A stretch of 22,461 nucleotides of DNA, from the IMG/VR virus record IMGVR_UViG_2657245448_000004, one strand, 5' to 3'. Shown in pieces: positions 16,527-22,461 of the stretch. The notes under the pieces were generated by a model. It saw only the letters and a program-made list of their open reading frames with translations. It had not been told where the DNA came from and ran no database searches. This stretch comes from a virus (taxonomy: Duplodnaviria; Heunggongvirae; Uroviricota; Caudoviricetes). Within the stretch, counting starts at the first letter, position 1, and every line of letters starts with the position of its first letter. Made by a program: the position numbers and the translations under genes.

Positions 16527-17468
16527 ATGATTACTTTTGATCAGGCAACCGTTGACAGCTCTGGTGCCTTTCTCATCGGGGAGCTGGAGCGACTCGACCA
16601 GACGCTGAACCTGCCACTGGTGGGGTACACCTGGACCCGCGATATTCAGTTGCGTGAAGATGTCTCTATCGCAGATGACATTTCCAGCTGGACGAATACC
16701 AGCTTCGCCGCTGCGGGTACTGGTGCAAATCCGAATGGCAAAAACTGGGTAGGCAAAGACTCAACCGCTATTGCTGGCGTGAACGTGGATATCGGCAAAT
16801 CCGGTAACCCGCTGAACCTGTGGGGGATGGAACTTGGCTGGACGGTCATAGAATTGCAGGCTGCTCAGCAGGTCGGCCGCCCGATTGATACGCAGAAGTA
16901 TGACGGTATGCAACTGAAATGGCAGATGGATAACGATGAACAGGTATATGTTGGCGATTCCGCATTAAACCTGAAAGGCCTTGTTACCCTGGACGGCGTG
17001 CCTGTCAACAACGCTGCCAAAACGTGGGCAACCTCAACACCGGACGAAATCCGCGCAAGCATTAACCAGGTGCTGTCTGATGCGTGGGCCGCTTCCGGTT
17101 ACTCTGTGGTTCCGCGTGATTTGCTGATCCCGCCTGAGCAGTTTGCTCTGTTGTCCAGCATCATCGTTTCATCTGCGGGTAACCAGTCCCTGTTGACGTA
17201 TCTTCAGACCAACACCATCAGCTATCACCAGAACGGTGTTCCGCTGAATATCCGCGCGGTTAAATGGCTGAAAGGCCGTGGTGTGAGGAAAAAGGATCGC
17301 ATGGTTGCGTACACCAACGATAAAAAATACGTTCGCTACCCGCTGGTTCCGCTTCAGAGCGTGCCGGTGCAGTATCGCGGTCTGTATCAGATCGTCACTT
17401 ACTACGGCAAGCTGGGTGCGGTTGAGCCAGTGTACAAAGAAACCATTTCGTACGTTGATGGCATTTAA
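16527..17468 (+). CDS. major capsid protein (putative)
   Basis: 313-aa ORF in the canonical position after the scaffold and decoration genes, followed by a GC-rich stem-loop. Family recognition is tentative. Confidence 0.6.
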   Translation: MITFDQATVDSSGAFLIGELERLDQTLNLPLVGYTWTRDIQLREDVSIADDISSWTNTSFAAAGTGANPNGKNWVGKDSTAIAGVNVDIGKSGNPLNLWGMELGWTVIELQAAQQVGRPIDTQKYDGMQLKWQMDNDEQVYVGDSALNLKGLVTLDGVPVNNAAKTWATSTPDEIRASINQVLSDAWAASGYSVVPRDLLIPPEQFALLSSIIVSSAGNQSLLTYLQTNTISYHQNGVPLNIRAVKWLKGRGVRKKDRMVAYTNDKKYVRYPLVPLQSVPVQYRGLYQIVTYYGKLGAVEPVYKETISYVDGI

Positions 17469-17476
17469 CAGCCACA

Positions 17477-17495
17477 TGGCCCCCTGGCGGGGCCA
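17477..17495 (+). other. GC-rich stem-loop after the major capsid gene
   Basis: 7-bp stem tggcccc / ggggcca with loop ctggc, 9 nt past the capsid stop and lacking a U-tract. A possible transcript-stabilising or partial-termination element. Confidence 0.35.
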
Positions 17496-17509
17496 TTAAG
17501 GATGACCCG

Positions 17510-17731
17510 ATGGCAAAAAATAATGCAGTAATACACGTACATACCCCGTTTGTGCTCACGCTTCCCGACGGTTCACGGCGCGAGTTTGTTAAAGGCCGTC
17601 ATGCTGTGGAGGAAGACGTTGCCACGCACTGGTTCACTCGTGCGCACGCGGAAGTATCCGTTGGCAAAGCCACAGACGCGCGTAACGAGGTAAAAAATGC
17701 CAAAGAATCAAAATCTGCCAGCGGTAAGTGA
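17510..17731 (+). CDS. small hypothetical head-module protein
   Basis: 73-aa ORF with an SD-like AAGGATGA upstream; sits between the capsid and connector genes. Confidence 0.45.
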   Translation: MAKNNAVIHVHTPFVLTLPDGSRREFVKGRHAVEEDVATHWFTRAHAEVSVGKATDARNEVKNAKESKSASGK

Positions 17732-18104
17732 TTTTCGCCGCGACTTCCCGCAGTTTGCTGACCCTGCCAAATATCCCGAAGCGCAAATCCAGTTTCGTCT
17801 GAATCTGGCCGATGAACTGCTGAGCGAAAACGTCACCGGCAAAAAGTTGTTTCCGTATTTTGCCGGATTGTTCGTTGCACACTACATGACGCTCTGGGCG
17901 GCAGACAGCCGGGCGATGCTGGCTGGCGGGCCGGGCGGTTCAACCAATGGTGTTCAGTCCTCAAAGTCCGTTGACAAGGTAAGCGTCAGCTATGACACCA
18001 GCGCGACGCTGAATCCTGATGCAGGTTTCTGGAATAACACCCGATATGGCGCTGAATTTTATCAGTTGATCACGATGTTCGGTGCAGGCGGTCGCCAGCT
18101 ATGA
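17697..18104 (+). CDS. putative head-tail connector/adaptor protein
   Basis: 135-aa ORF with SD GAGG at 17685..17688; overlaps the upstream ORF by 35 nt and the downstream ORF by ATGA. Function assigned by position. Confidence 0.5.
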   Translation: MPKNQNLPAVSDFRRDFPQFADPAKYPEAQIQFRLNLADELLSENVTGKKLFPYFAGLFVAHYMTLWAADSRAMLAGGPGGSTNGVQSSKSVDKVSVSYDTSATLNPDAGFWNNTRYGAEFYQLITMFGAGGRQL

Positions 18105-18655
18105 GTTTCAAAAGCGGTGTAACAACGAGGGTGGATAACGCTAAGGCCATTCTGGATGCGCTCAGGTCGTTAACCAAAAAAGATGTGCTGGTCGGCATCC
18201 CTTCGGAAGACAGCGGGCGGGATGATGTTCCGTTTGGTAATGCGGGCATCGGTTACCTCAACGAATACGGCTCACCAGAGCAGAACATCCCGCCACGACC
18301 TCACCTGGTCCCCGGCGTTAAATCGGCAGAAGAGCAGACGGTGCCGCAGCTCAAAACCGCGGCGCAGGCTGCTCTTGATGGTAATGCTGCGGGAGCAGAA
18401 CGCGCACTCAACCGTGCCGGAACGCTGGCCGCTAATGGCGTCAGGCGTTACATGACTATTACCGGCTTTACGCCGCTTGCTGACAGCACTGTTGAAGCCC
18501 GGGCTCGTCGGGGGCGCAAGGGGGCAACACTGGAACTTGCCCGGCGTGTTGCTGGCGAATCTCCCGGAACCGATCTGGCGAAACCATTAATTGACACCGG
18601 GCAATATCGCAGAGCTATTACCCATGTAGTGAGGGATAAAGATGCCGACTCTTGA
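18101..18655 (+). CDS. putative neck/head-closure protein
   Basis: 184-aa ORF coupled to its upstream neighbour by an ATGA overlap. Function assigned by position. Confidence 0.45.
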   Translation: MSFKSGVTTRVDNAKAILDALRSLTKKDVLVGIPSEDSGRDDVPFGNAGIGYLNEYGSPEQNIPPRPHLVPGVKSAEEQTVPQLKTAAQAALDGNAAGAERALNRAGTLAANGVRRYMTITGFTPLADSTVEARARRGRKGATLELARRVAGESPGTDLAKPLIDTGQYRRAITHVVRDKDADS

Positions 18656-19031
18656 TGTAACAGATGTGCTTTTTGACCCCGATTTTTGCGGCTTCAATTT
18701 GTGGGTAACACGCCGAGTGCAAACGGTGGATGAGGACGGGATCGGCAGCGACAGTGAAGTTAAAAAGCAGTTTGCCGGAGTCGTAACTGTTGATCGCTCT
18801 CTGGAAAACCGTCGTATGCAGGCCGGGCAGGTAATCAGTGGTGCAATTCTGATTGTGACGACTGAGCGACTGACACAGGGACAGACTGGCCGTGATGCCG
18901 ATATCGTGACGTATCAGGGCCGTGATTATCGTGTGACTTTCGTCGACCCGTATACAGCGTATGGTGCCGGATTCGTTCAGGCGCATTGTGAGTTGATGCC
19001 GTTTGATGGGGGAACTCCGGTTGAGCAATAA
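18642..19031 (+). CDS. putative tail-completion/neck protein
   Basis: 129-aa ORF with SD GAGGGA upstream; overlaps its neighbours in the usual late-operon manner. Confidence 0.45.
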   Translation: MPTLDVTDVLFDPDFCGFNLWVTRRVQTVDEDGIGSDSEVKKQFAGVVTVDRSLENRRMQAGQVISGAILIVTTERLTQGQTGRDADIVTYQGRDYRVTFVDPYTAYGAGFVQAHCELMPFDGGTPVEQ

Positions 19032-19569
19032 CACCAGTACAGAGCGCGGATGGTTAATACCAACCAGTGGCGATCCGGATTATGACGAAGCGCTCGACAG
19101 GCTGTTAAGCCAGTGGATGCGTAACGTTTCCGGCCTGTCTGCCGGGATGGTTCGCCCGCGCTGGCAGAAAGAGCAGCCGCCACTGCTACCGGTTGAAACG
19201 AACTGGTGTGCGTTTGGGGTTATCGGATGGTCAGGTGATGACAGTCCGGCATTCACCAGACAGACCGATGATGGCTCTCAGCTCTGGCGGCATGAAACGA
19301 TTGAGTGTATGGCTTCGTTTTATGGACCGGCGGGGATGGTGTATGCGTCCCGGTTTCGTGACGGTATATCTGTGCCGCAGAACAATGCAGCACTGAATGC
19401 GCTGGGGCTGTCTCTTGGCGATTACACAGGTCTGACTCCCTTCCCTGAACTTATTAATCAGCAATGGGTCCGCCGCTACGATATGACGGTGCGCCTGCGC
19501 CGGAAGGTTGTGCGCGAGTACGGTATTAAATCGCTGGTGGAAGCACCAGTCATCTTTTTCGGAGATTAA
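19003..19569 (+). CDS. hypothetical tail-module protein; start uncertain
   Basis: 188-aa ORF overlapping the upstream gene by 29 nt; an alternative downstream start is possible. Confidence 0.45.
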   Translation: MMGELRLSNNTSTERGWLIPTSGDPDYDEALDRLLSQWMRNVSGLSAGMVRPRWQKEQPPLLPVETNWCAFGVIGWSGDDSPAFTRQTDDGSQLWRHETIECMASFYGPAGMVYASRFRDGISVPQNNAALNALGLSLGDYTGLTPFPELINQQWVRRYDMTVRLRRKVVREYGIKSLVEAPVIFFGD

Positions 19570-19572
19570 GCT

Positions 19573-20718
19573 ATGGCACAGGGCTTGCCTGTATCAAACG
19601 TTGTTAATGTTGATGTGATCATGTCGCCGCGTGCAGCATCAGGGCGAAATTTTGGTGCATTACTCATTCTCGGCCCGTCCACAATCATTCCGGTAAGTGA
19701 GCGCATTCGCCGTTATTCTGCCGCGGAAGATATTGGAAAAGATTTTGGCGTGGAATCACCAGAATATAAAGCTGCGCAGGTGTTTTTCTCACAATCACCG
19801 AAACCTCAGGAGGTTTTTGTTGGTCGTTGGGTGAAAACGAAGGGAGACAGCGAACAGGCCACGCCTGAGACGCTGGAGCAGGCTGTGAATGCCATGCTTG
19901 ATTATACTTCATGGTATGGGCTGGGGATTGCAGACGATGCAGATATTCCGGATGCAGACTGGCTGAAAGTGGCTGCGGCGATCGAATCCTCTTCTGTAAG
20001 CCGTATTCTGGCGATTACGACAAGCGATGAGAAATGCCTGCAGACTGCATCCAGAGATGATTTGGCATCAAAACTGAAAAGCGCCGGATATTCACGCAGT
20101 TTTATACAATATTCATCGGGTAATAAATTCGCTGCGTTATCTGCATTTGGCCGGGCATTCACGGTTAATTTCAATGGCAGTAATACCGCGATTACGCTCA
20201 AGTTTAAGCAGGAGCCGGGTGTCGGGTATGAAACACTGACAGTCAGCCAGGCATCGGCACTTGATGCAAAAAACTGCAATGTGTTCGTGTACTACCAGAA
20301 TGATACAGCTATCCTCCAGCAGGGAGTGATGGCTAACGGCGATTTCTTTGATGAACGCCACGGCCTGGACTGGTTACAGAATTATGTGCAGACCAACCTC
20401 TATAACCTGCTTTATACCAGCACCACGAAGGTTCCCCAGACTGAAGCCGGTATTACCCGACTGTTATCAAATGTTGAAAAATCACTGGATCAGGCCGTTC
20501 AGAATGGACTGATTGCTCCGGGCGTATGGAACGGTGGCGACCTTGGCCAGTTGTCATCAGGTGACACGCTGCCCAAAGGTTATTACGTATACGCCCAGCC
20601 GCTGGATGAACAGGCACAATCAGAACGTGAAGCCCGTAAGGCTCCGGTGATTCAGGCTGCAATAAAACTTGCAGGCGCGGTTCATTACGCTGACGTACAG
20701 ATTAACGTTGTTCGCTAA
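19573..20718 (+). CDS. major tail structural protein (sheath-like, putative)
   Basis: 381-aa ORF with SD GGAGA, directly upstream of a tube-like gene. The sheath-like family label is from memory and is low certainty. Confidence 0.5.
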   Translation: MAQGLPVSNVVNVDVIMSPRAASGRNFGALLILGPSTIIPVSERIRRYSAAEDIGKDFGVESPEYKAAQVFFSQSPKPQEVFVGRWVKTKGDSEQATPETLEQAVNAMLDYTSWYGLGIADDADIPDADWLKVAAAIESSSVSRILAITTSDEKCLQTASRDDLASKLKSAGYSRSFIQYSSGNKFAALSAFGRAFTVNFNGSNTAITLKFKQEPGVGYETLTVSQASALDAKNCNVFVYYQNDTAILQQGVMANGDFFDERHGLDWLQNYVQTNLYNLLYTSTTKVPQTEAGITRLLSNVEKSLDQAVQNGLIAPGVWNGGDLGQLSSGDTLPKGYYVYAQPLDEQAQSEREARKAPVIQAAIKLAGAVHYADVQINVVR

Positions 20719-20728
20719 GGGGAAGTGA

Positions 20729-21169
20729 ATGTCTACCTATTCTTTTATGGATGTCACTGCGACGCTGACCGGGCCGACCGGTTCGATTGACCTCGGGTAC
20801 GGTTCGGCAAGTTCTGAAGAGGGGATTGTGGTTGCGATGGGCGGTCCTAAAAACACCATGACCATCGGTGCTGATGGTGAAGTGATGCACAGCCTCCATG
20901 CAGATAAAAGCGGGACGATTACCGTTAACCTTCTGAAGACATCACCGACAAATAAAAAATTGTCGCTGGCGTATAACGCACAGAGCCAGTCTTCTGCCAC
21001 ATGGGGGAATAACGTTATCGTTATCCGCAACAAGGTCAGCGGCGACATCATCACGGCACGCAGTGTTGCGTTCCAGAAACAACCGGATAACGCCAACGCT
21101 AAAACCGGTAATACGATGCCGTGGGTGTTTGACTGCGGCAAGATTGACCAGGTTCTCGGGGAGTTTTAA
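20729..21169 (+). CDS. tail tube-like protein (putative)
   Basis: 146-aa ORF with SD AAGGGGAAG, between the major tail protein and the chaperone. Confidence 0.5.
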   Translation: MSTYSFMDVTATLTGPTGSIDLGYGSASSEEGIVVAMGGPKNTMTIGADGEVMHSLHADKSGTITVNLLKTSPTNKKLSLAYNAQSQSSATWGNNVIVIRNKVSGDIITARSVAFQKQPDNANAKTGNTMPWVFDCGKIDQVLGEF

Positions 21170-21172
21170 TGC

Positions 21173-21625
21173 ATGGAATTCGAAATTAAAGGCGTGAAAT
21201 ATCGCACGGCAAAACTCAGCGTTTTTGACCAGCTGAAAGTGACCCGCAAACTTCTGCCGGTGCTGGCAGGAATGATGTCAGATTTCGGGAGTATTCGCTC
21301 CCGTTTGCCTGCTGACGGCAAAATCGACACCGTGAAATTCGAACAGTTAAAACCGGTGTTTGAAACCATGCTCCCGCGTATCGCTGAGGAACTGTCTTCC
21401 CTGACCGAAGATGACACCGATGCGATTATTCATCCCTGTCTTGCGGTGGTATCGCGGCGTCATATGGACGGATGGGTGCCGGTATTTACCCAGGGCGAAC
21501 TGATGTTTGATGATATTGACTTGCTGGTCATGCTGCAGCTGGTGGCGCGGGTGGTCGCCGATTCGCTGGGAAATTTTTTGCCTACACCCCTTACCAGCAC
21601 GACGCAGAGCCTGCAACAGGGCTGA
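21173..21625 (+). CDS. tail assembly chaperone (gpG-like)
   Basis: 150-aa ORF immediately upstream of the tape-measure gene. Carries a U-rich slippery heptamer near its 3' end, and an open -1 frame extends to the tape-measure start. Confidence 0.6.
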   Translation: MEFEIKGVKYRTAKLSVFDQLKVTRKLLPVLAGMMSDFGSIRSRLPADGKIDTVKFEQLKPVFETMLPRIAEELSSLTEDDTDAIIHPCLAVVSRRHMDGWVPVFTQGELMFDDIDLLVMLQLVARVVADSLGNFLPTPLTSTTQSLQQG

Positions 21626-21813
21626 CGTTTAACAGCCTGCCGGACGGGCTGTCCTACCTTCTCAATCCGGTTGACGCCGGGTTAATTCCTTATACAGCAC
21701 TTAAAGATGGCTCTGTCGATTTGTATGACATTGCTCTCTTGAATGACCATCTGGCGGTAAAAGCGGATAACCAGCGACGCATTGAGAAATGGAGAGAGGA
21801 TAATGAACGCTGA
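21173..21813 (+). CDS. putative chaperone frameshift-fusion product (gpGT-like) made by -1 slippage at TTTTTTG (21574..21580)
   Basis: Heptamer T_TTT_TTG lies in the zero frame (codons TTT 21575..21577, TTG 21578..21580). The -1 frame is open from 21580 to a TGA at 21811..21813 and encodes AYTPYQHDAEPATGLTFNSLPDGLSYLLNPVDAGLIPYTALKDGSVDLYDIALLNDHLAVKADNQRRIEKWREDNER. Confidence 0.5.
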
Positions 21814-22038
21814 AACTATTAAAGATTTCCTCGTCTCGCTTGGCTTCCGTGTGGATGATGCAGGAGCGAAAAAGTTCGGTTCTGTCCTCGCCGGTACAAC
21901 TGCAAATGTCATCAAAATGGGGCTGGCTGTTGAAGGGGCTGCGCTGTCCGTGGTGGCCTTCACGGCTAAGATCGCCTCCGGCCTGGATAATCTTTACTGG
22001 GCGTCACAGCGCACCGGCGCGACGGTCCAGGGAATTCA
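21803..22038 (+). CDS. tail tape-measure protein, N-terminal part (truncated by ambiguous bases)
   Basis: ATG at 21803 preceded by SD GGAGAGAGGA; the ORF track's TTG at 21782 is less likely. Product begins MNAETIKDFLVSLGFRVDDAGAKKFG and sits directly after the chaperone. The reading frame is lost at the N-run. Confidence 0.5.
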
Positions 22039-22052
22039 NTNNAGACNGCNNN
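22039..22052. other. cluster of ambiguous bases (N) next to an EcoRI site; possible assembly or cloning junction
   Basis: Seven N calls at 22039, 22041, 22042, 22047 and 22050..22052; GAATTC at 22032..22037 immediately upstream. Coding character changes across this point. Confidence 0.9.
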
Positions 22053-22460
22053 GTTGTCGTTCTGCAAACATCGAAAGCGGAAATCATTGGGAATGGCGTG
22101 GATGAGACGACGCTGACAGCAACAGTAAAAGATCCTTTTGATAACGTGGTTAAAAATCTGTCAGTAGTCTTCCGCACCTCCCCCGCAGACACGCAACTGA
22201 GTCTGAACACGCGTAATACTAATGAGAACGGTATTGCTGAAGTTACCCTTAAGGGCACGGTTTTGGGTGTTCATACAGCCGAAGCCATACTGCTTAACGG
22301 CAATAGAGATACGAAGACAGTCAATATTGCGCCCGATACCAGCAACGCGCAGGTCACCCTGAACATCCCTGCTCAACAGGTGGTGACGAATAACAGCGAC
22401 AGCGTGCAGCTGACGGCAACGGTGAAAGATCCGTCGAATCATCCGGTGGCGGGAATAACG
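22053..22460 (+). CDS. fragment encoding bacterial Ig-like (Big_1-type) repeats, invasin/intimin-like adhesin; partial at both ends
   Basis: Hand translation of the frame beginning at 22053: VVVLQTSKAEIIGNGVDETTLTATVKDPFDNVVKNLSVVFRTSPADTQLSLNTRNTNENGIAEVTLKGTVLGVHTAEAILLNGNRDTKTVNIAPDTSNAQVTLNIPAQQVVTNNSDSVQLTATVKDPSNHPVAGIT. The repeated LTATVKDP...G motif is characteristic of Big_1 repeats. No stop before the window end. Confidence 0.55.
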
Positions 22461-22461
22461 G

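Noticed and set aside
21782-21802. TTG start at 21782 for the tape-measure gene, as used by the ORF track
   Set aside because: An ATG at 21803 has a well-placed SD (GGAGAGAGGA), and the 21782 extension overlaps the -1 frame extension of the chaperone.
22004-22442. Two minus-strand ORFs (84 and 93 aa) at the right end
   Set aside because: They are antisense to the Ig-like repeat frame, one spans the ambiguous bases, and both have Arg/Cys-rich composition.
1-22461. Integrase, attachment site, tRNA genes or CRISPR arrays anywhere in the window
   Set aside because: Nothing resembling a tyrosine or serine recombinase, and no tRNA-like or spacer-repeat structure, was found by eye. The prophage ends presumably lie outside this window.

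Overview
This window reads as a contiguous segment of a temperate, lambdoid-style tailed-phage genome (prophage), with no host housekeeping genes apparent. All family names below are recalled from the translated ORFs, since no database search could be run. Left to right: (1) a minus-strand early-left operon with a small membrane protein, a 300-aa unknown, a Cas4-like nuclease and an SSB-like protein; (2) an isolated plus-strand gene (3278..3847) sitting convergent to the repressor, with its own terminator; (3) a CI-like repressor and Cro-like regulator flanking a divergent switch region; (4) a large primase-polymerase/helicase-like replication gene followed by an iteron-dense, AT-rich origin-like region; (5) a small unknown ORF and a Q-type antiterminator, then a ~530 bp late regulatory region with two intrinsic terminators; (6) a lambda-type lysis cassette: dual-start holin, a lambda R-like endolysin, an Rz-like spanin and an embedded GTG-start Rz1 lipoprotein that is absent from the ORF track; (7) the morphogenesis module: terminase small and large subunits, portal, MuF-like head protein, scaffold-like protein, decoration-like protein, major capsid, head-tail and tail genes, and a tail assembly chaperone carrying a probable -1 programmed frameshift site; (8) the start of a tape-measure gene interrupted by ambiguous bases at 22039..22052, after which the sequence encodes Ig-like repeats typical of bacterial adhesins, suggesting an assembly or cloning junction. 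The best candidate for an undescribed system is the 189-aa coiled-coil plus zinc-ribbon-like protein at 3278..3847, at the repressor-adjacent position where lambdoid phages carry exclusion or defence cargo.
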